64,000 nt of DNA from Candidatus Methylomirabilia bacterium (GTDB lineage Bacteria > Methylomirabilota > Methylomirabilia > Rokubacteriales > CSP1-6). This document shows, piece after piece, positions 1 to 12,579 of the stretch. Below the pieces are notes generated by a model that saw only the letters and a program-made list of their open reading frames with translations, was not told the origin of the DNA and did not search any database. Location of the stretch: contig JBGQEL010000009.1 of the NCBI GenBank assembly GCA_041496385.1, forward strand, positions 19,265 to 83,264. The letters run 5' to 3'. Position 1 is the stretch's first letter. The number at the start of each line of letters is the position of its first letter. The position numbers and the translations under genes are program-made.

Positions 1-264
1 TCTCCTCTGGACCCTCGGCGGCATCGGCGAGGACGATCACCTTGTCGTGACGGACCTCGACGAACCCCCCCGCCACCGCGAGATAGCGCTCCTCCCGCCC
101 GATCCGGAACGTCACCTCCCCGATGCCGAGCGTGGTCAGGAACGGCGCATGGCCCGGGAGCACGCCGAAATACCCGAGAGTTCCCGGCGCCACGACCTCG
201 TCCACCGCCTCGGCGACCACGAGGCGCATCGGTGTCGCGATCTCGAGCGTCAGCCGGTCGGCCA

Positions 265-265
<1 letters not shown>
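1..265 (-). CDS. atpC: ATP synthase F1 epsilon subunit (3' end runs off the window)
   Basis: Hand-translated from GTG at 265: MADRLTLEIATPMRLVVAEAVDEVVAPGTLGYFGVLPGHAPFLTTL; GVLPGHAP motif; follows atpD. Confidence 0.93.
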
Positions 266-2561
<2,296 letters not shown>

Positions 2562-2567
2562 CGCGCG

Positions 2568-4094
2568 CTAGGCCGCCTGGACGCCCTTCGCCGCCGTGAA
2601 TTCTACCTTGGCGTCGTTGATCGCCTTCGTCAGCGCTTCGCGCAGGGCGTCACCCACTTCCTTCTTGGTCCGGATCTCGCCGAGGATCTCGGGCCGCTTC
2701 CGCTCGAGCCAGCCGTGGAAGAACGTCTCGAACTCGCGGATGGCGTCGACCGGGAGGTCGTCCAGCAGCCCCTGCGTGCCCGCGAAGATCACCGCCACCT
2801 GTTTCTCGACAGACAGCGGCTGGTACTGCCCCTGCTTGAGGAGCTCGACCATGCGCTGGCCGCGCGCGAGCTGCACCTGCGTCGCGCGGTCGAGGTCCGA
2901 TCCGAACTGGGCGAAGGCGGCCAGCTCGCGGTACTGCGCGAGGTCGAGCCGCAGCTTGCCCGCGACCTGCCGCATCGCCTTGACCTGCGCGGAGCCGCCG
3001 ACGCGCGACACGGAGAGGCCGACGTTCACGGCCGGCCGGATGCCGCCGTAAAAGAGGTCGGACTCGAGGTAGATCTGGCCATCCGTGATCGAGATGACGT
3101 TGGTCGGGATGTACGCCGACACGTCGCCGAGCTGGGTCTCGATGATCGGCAGCGCGGTGAGCGAGCCGCCGCCGAGCTCGTCGTTGAGCTTGGCCGCGCG
3201 CTCGAGGAGCCGGGAGTGGAGGTAGAAGACGTCGCCCGGATACGCCTCGCGTCCCGGCGGCCGGCGGAGCAGGAGCGAGAGCTGGCGGTAGGCCGTGGCG
3301 TGCTTGGAGAGGTCGTCGTAGATGCAGAGCGCGTGGCGCTTGCTGTCCCGGAAGAACTCTCCCATCGTCACGCCCGCGTATGGGGCGACGTACTGTAGCG
3401 GCGCCGGCTCCGAGGCCGAGGCGACGACAACGGTCGTGTACTTCATGGCGCCGGCATCCTCGAGCACCTTCACCACCTGGGCCACCGTCGATCGCTTCTG
3501 GCCGATGGCGACGTAGAAGCAGAAGACGTCCTGGCCCTTCTGGTTGATGATGGTGTCGACGCCGATCGCGGTCTTGCCGGTGCCGCGGTCGCCGATGATC
3601 AACTCGCGCTGGCCGCGCCCGATCGGGATCATGGCGTCGATCGCCTTGAGCCCTGTCTGGAGCGGCTCCTTGACGCCGCGGCGGTCCACCACCCCCGGCG
3701 CGTACCGCTCGATCGGCCGGAACTCCTTGGTGTTGATCGCGCCCTTGCCGTCCACGGGCAGCCCGAGCGCGTTGACGACGCGCCCGACGAGTGCCTCGCC
3801 CACCGGCACCTGCGCGATCCGGCTGGTGCGCTTGACGACGTCGCCCTCCTTGATGAGCGTGTCGTCACCCAGGAGCACGGCGCCGACCTGGTCCTGCTCC
3901 AGGTTCAGCACCATACCCACGACGTCGCCGGGGAACTGGAGGAGCTCGCCGGCCATCGCCCGATCGAGCCCGTAGATGCGCGCGATACCGTCGCCGACCT
4001 CGATGACGCGACCGACCTCCTGGAGGTCGACCTCGGATTCGTAGCCCGCGAGCTGGCGCTTGATGATCTCGCTGATCTCTCCGGCCTTGATCAT
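2568..4094 (-). CDS. atpA: ATP synthase F1 alpha subunit
   Basis: [31 protein letters not shown]. Confidence 0.99.
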   Translation of the reverse strand: MIKAGEISEIIKRQLAGYESEVDLQEVGRVIEVGDGIARIYGLDRAMAGELLQFPGDVVGMVLNLEQDQVGAVLLGDDTLIKEGDVVKRTSRIAQVPVGEALVGRVVNALGLPVDGKGAINTKEFRPIERYAPGVVDRRGVKEPLQTGLKAIDAMIPIGRGQRELIIGDRGTGKTAIGVDTIINQKGQDVFCFYVAIGQKRSTVAQVVKVLEDAGAMKYTTVVVASASEPAPLQYVAPYAGVTMGEFFRDSKRHALCIYDDLSKHATAYRQLSLLLRRPPGREAYPGDVFYLHSRLLERAAKLNDELGGGSLTALPIIETQLGDVSAYIPTNVISITDGQIYLESDLFYGGIRPAVNVGLSVSRVGGSAQVKAMRQVAGKLRLDLAQYRELAAFAQFGSDLDRATQVQLARGQRMVELLKQGQYQPLSVEKQVAVIFAGTQGLLDDLPVDAIREFETFFHGWLERKRPEILGEIRTKKEVGDALREALTKAINDAKVEFTAAKGVQAA

Positions 4095-4097
4095 TCC

Positions 4098-4646
4098 CTA
4101 CCCTTTCACCAGCCGTTCGCGCATCCGCGCGAGCTGGCCGTCCAGGCTGCCGTCGACGAGCAGGCTCCCGATCTCCGCCACGAAGCCGCCGAGCAGCCCA
4201 CGGTCCACGACCTCCTCGAGCACGATCTGCTTGCCGCCGAGCGCGCGGCCCAGGCGACCGGTGAGCGCCGCGCGCTCAGAATCGGACAGCGCCACCGCGG
4301 TGCGTACACGGGCGCGCACCCGTCCCGCGGCGTCCTCCTGAAGACCCCGGAAGGCCTCGACGATCGCGGCCAGGTGCTCCGTCCGTCCCCGCGCGGCGAC
4401 GAGGGCCAGGAAGTCGCGCGTGAGCTGGGAGAGCTGCATGCGCGTCGCGATCTCGGCGGCGACCGTGCGCTTGGTCACGGCGGCGATCCAGGGGCGGGCG
4501 AAGAACGCGCGCAGCTCCGCCTCGTCCCGAAGCAGCGTCGCGAGCGACTCGATTTCGGCCGCAACCGTGTCGAGCTGGTTGCGCTCCCGGGCGAGCTCGA
4601 AGAGCGCTTTCGCGTAGGAGCGGGCGACGCCGGCGGCGGCTCTCAC
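4098..4646 (-). CDS. atpH: ATP synthase F1 delta subunit
   Basis: ARSYAKALF...LLGG...DGSL; position upstream of atpA. Confidence 0.95.
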   Translation of the reverse strand: MRAAAGVARSYAKALFELARERNQLDTVAAEIESLATLLRDEAELRAFFARPWIAAVTKRTVAAEIATRMQLSQLTRDFLALVAARGRTEHLAAIVEAFRGLQEDAAGRVRARVRTAVALSDSERAALTGRLGRALGGKQIVLEEVVDRGLLGGFVAEIGSLLVDGSLDGQLARMRERLVKG

Positions 4647-5249
4647 CTAGTTCCCGACCCTGGAGATGGCCTCGTCGACGATGCGGCGGTGCTCCTCGTC
4701 CCGGAGGCTCTTCCGGATGAGCTTCTCGGCCACCGCCGTCGCCAGGTCGCCGACCTCGCGCCGGAGCTCTTCACGGGCCCGCCGCACGTCGGCGTCCAAC
4801 TGCGCCTTCGCGGTCTCCACGAGCCGTTGCGACTCCGCCCGCGCGGCATCCACGAGCCGCCGCTGCTCGTCGGCCGCATCCTTCAGCGCCTGGGCGCGGA
4901 TCGAGGCGGCCTCGGCGTGCGCCGCGCGCAACCGCGTCTCGTTCTCCGCCTGCTGCCGCGACGCCTCGGCGCGGGCCGCCTGCGCCTCCTCGAGCGACTT
5001 GCGGATGGCCTCGCTGCGCTCCTCCATCTTCGCCAGCAGCGGCTTGTAGAGAAGCTTCATGAGGATCACGAGCAGGATGACGAAGTTGACGACCTGGACG
5101 ATCAGCGATTTATCGAGGCTGATGAGGCCGCCCTCGTGACCGCCACCCTCGCTGGCCGCCCGGACCAGGCCGGGCCACACGAGCATCAGGGCCAGCGCCG
5201 ACACGACACACACGATGCCGCCGATCCACACGCGTTCCCGTTGAAACAT
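4647..5249 (-). CDS. atpF: ATP synthase F0 b subunit
   Basis: TM segment QVVNFVILLVIL..LLYKP followed by coiled coil; N-terminal extension. Confidence 0.93.
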   Translation of the reverse strand: MFQRERVWIGGIVCVVSALALMLVWPGLVRAASEGGGHEGGLISLDKSLIVQVVNFVILLVILMKLLYKPLLAKMEERSEAIRKSLEEAQAARAEASRQQAENETRLRAAHAEAASIRAQALKDAADEQRRLVDAARAESQRLVETAKAQLDADVRRAREELRREVGDLATAVAEKLIRKSLRDEEHRRIVDEAISRVGN

Positions 5250-5294
5250 GAGGAGGCTCTCCCCGATCTCGTGATGCTCGACGAAGGTTTGTGA

Positions 5295-5324
5295 AAACTA
5301 TCACTCAACCGCGCCCGGTGTCAA
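5295..5324 (-). promoter_or_regulatory. sigma70-type promoter of the atpFHAGDC operon
   Basis: TTGACA-N18-TAGTTT with TGn extension, upstream of atpF. Confidence 0.65.
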
Positions 5325-5333
5325 TCGCCCGGG

Positions 5334-6416
5334 CTAGTGTTCGATGACCCCGCCCCCCACCACCGTATCGTCCTGATAGAAGACGACCGACTGGCCCGGC
5401 GTGATCGCTCGCTGCGGCTCGTCGAAGACGACCTCCGCGCCGTCGTCATCGAGCACGCGCACCGTCGCGGGCGCCGGCCGGTGCTTGTGACGGATCTTCG
5501 CCTCGACGCGGATCGGCCCGTCGGGCGGATCGCACGCGATGAAGTTCACCGCGCGCGCCACGAGTCGGTCGCGCTCGAGCGCTCCCCCGTCACCGACGGT
5601 GACCGTGTTGCGCTCGGCGTCGAGCCCGACGACGTAGAGAGGCCGGCCCGCGCTCAGGCCGAGGCCTTTGCGCTGGCCGATCGTATAGGCGGCGACACCC
5701 GCATGGCGTCCGAGCACGTGCCCCTGCCCGTCCACGATCGGACCCGGAGTGAGCATGCCGGCGTCCCGGCCCCGCAGAAACGCTCGGTAGTCGTCGTCGG
5801 GGACGAAGCAGATCTCCTGGCTCTCCGGTTTGTCGGCCGTGACCAGGCCGAGCCGGCGCGCATGCTCGCGCACCTGGTCCTTGGTCAGCTCGCCGACCGG
5901 AAACCGCGCGGCGGCGAGCTGGTCCTGCGTGAGGGGCCAGAGAAAATCGCTCTGGTCCTTGTCCTCGGCGCGCGCGCGCAGGAGCCGGTGGCGCGCGGTG
6001 CGACCGTCCTGCGCGACGCGCGCATAGTGCCCGGTGGCGACGGCGGCGGCGTCCCACGCGCGCGCCCGCGCCAGGAGCGAGCCGAACTTGAGCTCGCTGT
6101 TGCACGCGACGCACGGCACGGGCGTCCGACCGCGTCGGTACTCTTCGATGAAGCGGCCCACGACGGAGCGCTCGAACTCCTCCTCCATGTTGAGCACGTA
6201 GTACGGGATGCCGAGCGTTCGCGCGACCTGGCGGGCGTCGTCCACGGCCTCCGTCCCGCAGCAGCTTCCGAACCGTTTGGTCGCTTCCGTCGGCTCGGCC
6301 CAGGCCCAGACACGCATGGTGACACCGACCACGTCGTAGCCCTGCTCGACGAGCAGCGCGGCGGCGACGGACGAATCGACACCCCCGCTCATACCCACGA
6401 CGATGCGCTGTGTCAT
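5334..6416 (-). CDS. mnmA: tRNA 2-thiouridylase MnmA
   Basis: SGGVDS PP-loop, KDQSDFL, ESQEICF, TPGQS; start re-called to MTQRIVVGMSGG. Confidence 0.97.
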   Translation of the reverse strand: MTQRIVVGMSGGVDSSVAAALLVEQGYDVVGVTMRVWAWAEPTEATKRFGSCCGTEAVDDARQVARTLGIPYYVLNMEEEFERSVVGRFIEEYRRGRTPVPCVACNSELKFGSLLARARAWDAAAVATGHYARVAQDGRTARHRLLRARAEDKDQSDFLWPLTQDQLAAARFPVGELTKDQVREHARRLGLVTADKPESQEICFVPDDDYRAFLRGRDAGMLTPGPIVDGQGHVLGRHAGVAAYTIGQRKGLGLSAGRPLYVVGLDAERNTVTVGDGGALERDRLVARAVNFIACDPPDGPIRVEAKIRHKHRPAPATVRVLDDDGAEVVFDEPQRAITPGQSVVFYQDDTVVGGGVIEH

Positions 6417-6424
6417 CGGCCTCT

Positions 6425-7291
6425 TCAGTGTCTCGCGCCGAGCAATTCTGACAGACGCTCGAGTTCGTCCGGGGTCGCGTACACGATCTCGATCTTGCCC
6501 TTCCGGTCGTTCCCCACGATCCTCACACGCGTCATCAGCGCGCGCTGGAGATCGTCTTCGAGCGCCGCCAGCTCGACGGAGCGCCGGCGCCCTTTCCGCG
6601 GGGCCACGCCCGGCTCTCTTCCGAGGGTCTCGACGGCGCGGATCCAGTCTTCGGTGGCCCGGACGGACCAGTCGTTCTCGAGGATCTCGTCGCGCAGCCG
6701 AAGCTGCTGGACGGCGGTCCCGAGCGCGAGCAGCGCCCGCGCGTGCCCCATCGTAAGCCGCCCGCTTCGCAGATCGCCCTGAATCTCTGCGGGGAGCCTC
6801 AGGAGCCGGAGGGAGTTCGCGATCGAGCTCCGATCTCGCCCGATTCGCTGGGCGAGATCTTCCTGGGTCCAACTGAACTGTGCCAGAAGCTTCTGGTACG
6901 CCTCGGCCTCCTCGATCGGATTCAGATCCTCTCTGAGAAGATTCTCCACGAGCGCGAGCTCCAGGCTCTGCGCGTCGGTGGCCTCCCGCACGATCGCGGG
7001 GATGCGTTCAAGCCCGGCCTGCCGTGCGGCGCGCCAGCGCCGCTCGCCGGCGATGAGCTGATAGCCCGACCCGTGGCGACGCACGATCACCGGCTGGATC
7101 ACTCCCGACGACCGTATCGATATTGCTAGATCTTCTAAGGCCTTGGAATCAAAGTCTTTTCTTGGTTGATTCGGGTTTGCGTCGATCTGGTCCACCGGAA
7201 CTTCGATCTGAACGTCTTCAGCGGTTGGAGTCCCCGCCGGGGTGGACGAGAGCAGGGCGCCAAGACCTCGACCGAGCCCGCGCTTATTCAT
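6425..7291 (-). CDS. parB: chromosome partitioning protein ParB
   Basis: GLGRGL, NPNQPR, IAGERRWRA, ENLLREDL, HTH. Confidence 0.97.
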   Translation of the reverse strand: MNKRGLGRGLGALLSSTPAGTPTAEDVQIEVPVDQIDANPNQPRKDFDSKALEDLAISIRSSGVIQPVIVRRHGSGYQLIAGERRWRAARQAGLERIPAIVREATDAQSLELALVENLLREDLNPIEEAEAYQKLLAQFSWTQEDLAQRIGRDRSSIANSLRLLRLPAEIQGDLRSGRLTMGHARALLALGTAVQQLRLRDEILENDWSVRATEDWIRAVETLGREPGVAPRKGRRRSVELAALEDDLQRALMTRVRIVGNDRKGKIEIVYATPDELERLSELLGARH

Positions 7292-8045
7292 GCCTCAGCA
7301 CCTCCCGGGTGAGCTCGAGATATGCGATCGAGCCGCTCGAGCGAAGGTCGTGGAGCATTATCGGCTTCCCGTGGCTAGGAGCCTCGGTGAGTCGGATGTT
7401 GCGGGGAATCACTGTGTCGAAGATCTCGCCCGGAAAGTAGCTACGAACTTCGTCGCGGATCTGGAGCGCCAGACTGGTCCTGCCGTCGAACATCGTCAGC
7501 ACTATGCCCTCGATGCCGAGACGGGGATTCAGGCGCTCGCGTACGAGCTTCACGGTCGTAAGAAGGTGCGTGAGCCCTTCGAGCGCATAGAATTCGCACT
7601 GGAGAGGCACGAGGACTCTATCAGAGGCCACCAGGGCGTTGATCGTCAGCAACCCCAACGAGGGGGGACAATCGATGATAATGAATTCGTAGGCTCCGGC
7701 AATCGGCTTGAGCGCCTCTCGCAGGCGGTACTCGCGCTGGTCCATCGAAACTAGCTCGATTTCGGCGCCCACCAGGTCGATGTCAGAAGGCAGCAGCTTC
7801 AGATGGGAAAGAGCCGTCTCCCGGACGGCCTTTGCTACCGGCTCGTTACCGAGAAGCACGTGATAGACCGTGGGGTACAGGCCGGCCTTCTGTACCCCCA
7901 ATCCGCTTGTGGCATTGCCTTGGGGATCCAGATCGACGAGTAATGTCGCGCGTTCGGCCAGAGCCAACCCCGCGGCAAGGTTTACCGCGGTCGTTGTCTT
8001 TCCGACACCACCCTTCTGATTGACGATCGCGAGGGTCTTTCCGAT
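7284..8045 (-). CDS. parA: chromosome partitioning ATPase ParA/Soj (start uncertain: ATC at 8045 or TTG at 8090)
   Basis: NQKGGVGKTTT, DLDPQGN, IDCPP, EAPSHG. Confidence 0.95.
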   Translation of the reverse strand: MGKTLAIVNQKGGVGKTTTAVNLAAGLALAERATLLVDLDPQGNATSGLGVQKAGLYPTVYHVLLGNEPVAKAVRETALSHLKLLPSDIDLVGAEIELVSMDQREYRLREALKPIAGAYEFIIIDCPPSLGLLTINALVASDRVLVPLQCEFYALEGLTHLLTTVKLVRERLNPRLGIEGIVLTMFDGRTSLALQIRDEVRSYFPGEIFDTVIPRNIRLTEAPSHGKPIMLHDLRSSGSIAYLELTREVLRHE

Positions 8046-8077
8046 GTAGCTATCCCCCGTATCTGGCCCCAGTTGGA

Positions 8078-8136
8078 TGTTCCACGACAAACACAGCTAT
8101 ACACATGACGTCATGTCTGGTGTTCCACGACCAACA
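8078..8136. promoter_or_regulatory. two parS-like 16-mers flanking a 14-bp palindrome
   Basis: TGTTCCACGACAAACA (8078-8093), TGTTCCACGACCAACA (8121-8136), ACATGACGTCATGT (8103-8116); directly upstream of parA. Confidence 0.6.
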
Positions 8137-8161
8137 CTTTGGGGCCTATGGCCTCTCCGGG

Positions 8162-8779
8162 TCAAGAATGACGATAGACGAGAAACCGCCGCGTCATTCC
8201 ATGGGCGCGTCCCTCGACATTGACCCAGTCACCAAGAGGCATCTCGGTTGGCCTCGGTGGGCCGGATGCGACCACAAGTCCTGGCTTCGCGACAAGCCTC
8301 GAAGCTATCGGAAGCAGCGTTTTGCTATCGCCGGCGCATCGCATGACGACGGCGTCGAAGCGTCCCTCAAGCTCGCTCATCGATTCCTCGATGCGTCCAC
8401 CCAAGACGCGCGAATTCTCGAGGCCGAGCTCCCGGATTACCGTCGTGAGAAACGAGACGCGGCGGCGGCGAGCCTCGACCAGCACCAGACTGAGGTCGGG
8501 TCTCACGATCTTGATTGGAACTCCTGGAATCCCCGCCCCGGAGCCGAGATCGAGAATCGATCCCAAGGATGGGGGGAGGACCCGTAGAAATAGGAGACTG
8601 TCCAGGAAAAGGTTTTCGACGATCCAGCCGGGCCTGTCGGAACCCACGAGGCGCTGGGATTTCTGCCATTTAATCAATAATATTAGATATTTGCTGAACA
8701 AGACTCGTTCGTGGTGGCTCAGCGGTCGGCCCAGAATCGTCGCCGCTCCCCGCGCGAGAGCATCCAGCGGATCTGTCAC
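8162..8779 (-). CDS. rsmG: 16S rRNA m7G527 methyltransferase RsmG (GidB)
   Basis: LDSL, LDLGSGAGIPG, VEARRRRVSFL; context. Confidence 0.92.
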   Translation of the reverse strand: MTDPLDALARGAATILGRPLSHHERVLFSKYLILLIKWQKSQRLVGSDRPGWIVENLFLDSLLFLRVLPPSLGSILDLGSGAGIPGVPIKIVRPDLSLVLVEARRRRVSFLTTVIRELGLENSRVLGGRIEESMSELEGRFDAVVMRCAGDSKTLLPIASRLVAKPGLVVASGPPRPTEMPLGDWVNVEGRAHGMTRRFLVYRHS

Positions 8780-10137
8780 TTGCCGAGGCAGAACGTCGCG
8801 AAGATCCGGTCGAGCACGGAATCACCGACGTCGATACCGAGGATCGAGCTGGCCTGTTCGAGAGCATCTCGCAGGTCCACGAGTGCGACCTCCAGCGGGG
8901 CGTGGCCGATCGAGGCCTCGCTCGAAGCCAGCGCCCTACCGAGCGCCTCGAGCATCTCGAGTTGCCGGAGCGATGCGACGACGCCGCCCTCATCGCCCGC
9001 GGTCGACGTCCGAGCGCGGATCTCGGTCTCGAGCCGCTCGACGAGCGCGTCCACGCCGGACCCCGTGACGGCCGACACGTCGAGCGCGCCGGCCAGGGTC
9101 GCGCCGGCGGGGTGCGGGGAAAGATCGCTCTTGCTGCGCACGACGACGCGCGCACGGCCCCGGGTCTCCTCCAGCACGGCGGCGGCGGGCGGCAGGCTGC
9201 CGTCGAGAACGACGAGCAGCAGGTCGCTCTCCGCGATCGCGAGGCGGCTACGCCGGATGCCCTCGGCCTCGATCGCGTCGCGTGGTTGATCGAGACCCGC
9301 GGTGTCGAGAAGGCGCACGGGGACACCCGCGAGCACGATCGCGCTCTCGACGACGTCGCGCGTGGTGCCGGGAAGGGGGGAAACGATGGCGCGGTCCCGC
9401 CCCACGAGCGCGTTCAGCAGGCTGGATTTCCCCGCGTTCGGCGGGCCGACGATGGAGACGCTCAGGCCCTCGTGCACGAGCCGCGCGCGGCGACTCGCGT
9501 CGAGCCGTCGAGCGACATCGGCACGCAGACGCGCGATCGCGGCCCGGGCCTTTTCCACGTCGAGACCCACGTGCTCCTCCGGGAAGTCGAGCGTGACCTC
9601 CAGGCCGGCGACGAGGTCGAGCAGGTCCTCTCGGAGTGCGCGGATCTCCGACGAGATCTCGCCGTCCAGCGCGCGCGCGGCGAGCATCAGCGCGCGCTCC
9701 GTCCGGGCGCCGATCAGCAGGGCCACGGCCTCGGCCTGGGCAAGATCGATCCGGCCGTTCAGGAACGCGCGGCGGGTGAATTCGCCGGGCTCGGCGAGGC
9801 GGGCGCCGGCAGCGATCAGCCGGCGCGTCACGAGTCCGAGCAACGCGGGCGAGCCGTGGCACGAGAGCTCCACCACATCGTCGCCGGTATACGAGCGCGG
9901 AGCGCGCATCACGACACAGAGGGCATCGTCCACGGGCGCGCCGGTCTCCGGATCCACGACGGTCACGCGCCGGAGGGTGTGGGACGGAGCCTGCGCCAGC
10001 CGCTCGCCGGACCTCAGAACGCTCGCGACGGTCGGGACGGCCGCCGGCCCGCTCACGCGCACGACACCGACGGCGCTCTCGCCCGCCGCCGTCGCGACGG
10101 CGACGATGGTGTCCCCCGCGCGCCGGACCTCAGGCGT
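8776..10137 (-). CDS. mnmE: tRNA modification GTPase MnmE (start uncertain; conserved N-terminus extends upstream of the first GTG at 10062)
   Basis: DTIVAVAT, SYTGDDVVE..CHG, GPPNAGKSS, GTTRD, DTAG, FCLGK. Confidence 0.95.
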   Translation of the reverse strand, partial: TPEVRRAGDTIVAVATAAGESAVGVVRVSGPAAVPTVASVLRSGERLAQAPSHTLRRVTVVDPETGAPVDDALCVVMRAPRSYTGDDVVELSCHGSPALLGLVTRRLIAAGARLAEPGEFTRRAFLNGRIDLAQAEAVALLIGARTERALMLAARALDGEISSEIRALREDLLDLVAGLEVTLDFPEEHVGLDVEKARAAIARLRADVARRLDASRRARLVHEGLSVSIVGPPNAGKSSLLNALVGRDRAIVSPLPGTTRDVVESAIVLAGVPVRLLDTAGLDQPRDAIEAEGIRRSRLAIAESDLLLVVLDGSLPPAAAVLEETRGRARVVVRSKSDLSPHPAGATLAGALDVSAVTGSGVDALVERLETEIRARTSTAGDEGGVVASLRQLEMLEALGRALASSEASIGHAPLEVALVDLRDALEQASSILGIDVGDSVLDRIFATFCLGK

Positions 10138-11842
10138 CTTTTGCCTCGCGGGCCGCCCGGGCGGCCCGGTCCATGTACCACTGCTGAAGAACCTGGAGAA
10201 CGTTCGACACCGTCCAATAGAGCACGAGCCCCGACGCCAGGTTGACGAACATCATGGTGAAGAACGCCGGCATGATCAGGAGCATGATTTTCTGCTGCCT
10301 CGGATCACCGGTCGTCGGCGTCATCTTCTGCTGCACGAACATCGTGATGCCCATCAGGACCGGCAGAACGTAGGTCGGGTCGTGGGCCGCGAGATCGCAG
10401 ATCCAGATGTCCTCGCCGAACAGTCGCCCGAAACAGAGGAACTTCGCGTTCTGCAGATCGACCGACACCGAGAGCGCGAGATAGAGGGCGTAGAAGATCG
10501 GAATCTGCGCGATCATCGGCAGACACCCGCCCATCGGGTTGACCTTGTATTTCTTGTAGAGCTCGAGCGTCTCTCGCTGGAGGCGCTGCGGGTCGCCCTT
10601 GTATTTGCTGCGCAGCGCGTTGACCTGGGGCTGGAGCGTCTGCATCGCCTTCATGGACCGCATGCTCTTCACGGTGAGGGGATAGAAGAGCACCTTCGAC
10701 AGCACGGTGAGCAGGATGATGGCGATCCCGAAGTTGCCGACGTACCTGTACACCCAGTTCATGAGGAGGAGGATCGGGACGCCGAGCCACTCCATCGGCA
10801 GCCCTCCCCACTTCCTGGGCACCGGAAAGCCACCGAAGTTGATCGTGTCCTGCAGCCCGAGCGCGCGGAGGCGCTCGTACTCCTTGGGCCCGGCGTACAC
10901 CAGCACGCGGCCCTCCCACGCCTGACCTGGCGCGATCGTCGGGGTCGCGCGGACGACGAGCGCGGCACGGCCCGCGGGGACCTTGTCGCCGTTCTTCACC
11001 TCGGGGATCTTGCCTTCCGCCGTCGCGATCAGCTTGAAGCCCGGCGTCTTCGGCATGAAGGCGGCGAGGTAGAACACGCTGTCCAGGGCGATCCATTCAC
11101 CGTCGCCCTCAGCCTTGCTGATCGCCGCCGTCAGGTCGTCGATCCGCTGGACATGCCCGCCCTCGGACCAGACGATCTCCGTAGGGTGCTGGCCCGTGAA
11201 TTTCTCGCTGCCGGGAGGCCACTTCTGGCGAGTGAGCCAGGGGAGGCTCACCGCGACCGTGCGGGGTGCCGGGCCGGGATTCTCGACGCGCAGCTCGACG
11301 TCGATCACGTACCCGTCCGCGTGAAAGCCGAGCGACTGTCGGATGCGGACGCCGTGCGCCGCCCCGTCGAGGACGAGCCGCTCGCCGGGCCGGTCGGCGC
11401 TCACGACGAGGCGCTCGGCATTGACCGTCATCGGAACGACTTCTTCCGGCTGTCGAGGGTCGGCCGCGACCAGGAGCCCGGCCGGGCCGAGATCTCCGAC
11501 CAGCACCATCGGTTTTTCACCCCGGAACTTGAGGACGAACTCCTGAAGTTTGCCGCCCTCGCTGCTCACGACGGCACGATAGAGCGGCGCCTCGACGGCG
11601 ACGAGGCGCTGAGGTGGGCGCGGGGTCTGTGCAACCGGCTGGACGGTCGTCGTCCTCGGCGGTGCCGCCGGCGCGGGCGCGGGCGCCGAGGCGCTAGGCG
11701 CGGCCGGGGCGGGGGCGGGGACGGCTGGCCCTGGCGGCGCCTTCTGAGCAGGCTCCTGGCTCGTCGGGAAAAAGAACGTCTGGTAGACGATCAGGAGCGC
11801 CGCCATCAGCACGGCGGCAAGGATCGCGCGCTTCTCCATCAT
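10130..11842 (-). CDS. yidC: membrane protein insertase YidC
   Basis: [28 protein letters not shown]. Confidence 0.97.
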   Translation of the reverse strand: MMEKRAILAAVLMAALLIVYQTFFFPTSQEPAQKAPPGPAVPAPAPAAPSASAPAPAPAAPPRTTTVQPVAQTPRPPQRLVAVEAPLYRAVVSSEGGKLQEFVLKFRGEKPMVLVGDLGPAGLLVAADPRQPEEVVPMTVNAERLVVSADRPGERLVLDGAAHGVRIRQSLGFHADGYVIDVELRVENPGPAPRTVAVSLPWLTRQKWPPGSEKFTGQHPTEIVWSEGGHVQRIDDLTAAISKAEGDGEWIALDSVFYLAAFMPKTPGFKLIATAEGKIPEVKNGDKVPAGRAALVVRATPTIAPGQAWEGRVLVYAGPKEYERLRALGLQDTINFGGFPVPRKWGGLPMEWLGVPILLLMNWVYRYVGNFGIAIILLTVLSKVLFYPLTVKSMRSMKAMQTLQPQVNALRSKYKGDPQRLQRETLELYKKYKVNPMGGCLPMIAQIPIFYALYLALSVSVDLQNAKFLCFGRLFGEDIWICDLAAHDPTYVLPVLMGITMFVQQKMTPTTGDPRQQKIMLLIMPAFFTMMFVNLASGLVLYWTVSNVLQVLQQWYMDRAARAAREAKDA

Positions 11843-12069
11843 CGGCGGCGGCGCTCGCGCACGGGCGGCGGGTCATAGCCACCGGGGTGGAAAGGATGGC
11901 AGCAGAGCACGCGCCGGAGCGCGAGCCAGGCGCCGCGCGCCGGCCCGTGCTCGGCCACCGCGAGCTTGGCGTACTCCGAGCACGTCGGCGCGAAACGACA
12001 CGCCCGCGGGAGCAGGGGGGACAGCACCCGCTGGTACGCGGTGATGAGGGCGACGGCGGCGCGCGTCAT
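11839..12069 (-). CDS. yidD: membrane protein insertion efficiency factor YidD
   Basis: [15 protein letters not shown]...[11 protein letters not shown]. Confidence 0.95.
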   Translation of the reverse strand: MTRAAVALITAYQRVLSPLLPRACRFAPTCSEYAKLAVAEHGPARGAWLALRRVLCCHPFHPGGYDPPPVRERRRR

Positions 12070-12413
12070 GCGCGCGGTCCCGGAATCGCCGCGAAGGCGC
12101 CACGTAGCTCCTCGGCGATCGCCCCGAAGCGCTCGCGGAGCGCTCCGGGCTTGGCGATGATCACGAGGGCGATGCTCGCGGGCGCGGCATCCCGCGCCAG
12201 GCGGTACGCCTCGCGCAGTCGCCGCCGCGCCCGGTTCTTCTGGACGGCCGTGCGCACCTGCCGGCTCACCGCGAAGCCCGCGCGCCGCGGCGCGGTGCTC
12301 TCGCGCCAGAGAACGATCATGGATGGTCGATCAATCCGTTTGCCCCGCTGGAAGAGCGCCTGGAAATCGGCGCCTGTGGTCAACCGCTCGCGTCGAGGAA
12401 AGGGGCCGGTCAG
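12066..12413 (-). CDS. rnpA: ribonuclease P protein component (probable CTG start)
   Basis: ERL....[20 protein letters not shown] (RNR motif); follows rpmH. Confidence 0.9.
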   Translation of the reverse strand: MTGPFPRRERLTTGADFQALFQRGKRIDRPSMIVLWRESTAPRRAGFAVSRQVRTAVQKNRARRRLREAYRLARDAAPASIALVIIAKPGALRERFGAIAEELRGAFAAIPGPRA

Positions 12414-12544
12414 ACGGTCAGCCGTTTCCGCCCCTTCGCGCGCCGTCGCTTCAACACCTTCCGCCCGCCTTTTGTCTTCATCCGCGCGCGGAAGCCGTGC
12501 GTCTTCTTCCGGCGGCGTACATTCGGCTGAAACGTCCGCTTCAT
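12410..12544 (-). CDS. rpmH: 50S ribosomal protein L34
   Basis: [33 protein letters not shown]. Confidence 0.98.
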   Translation of the reverse strand: MKRTFQPNVRRRKKTHGFRARMKTKGGRKVLKRRRAKGRKRLTV

Positions 12545-12579
12545 CCGCGCGCTCCTCCTTGCGATCGTCGAACCGAGAC

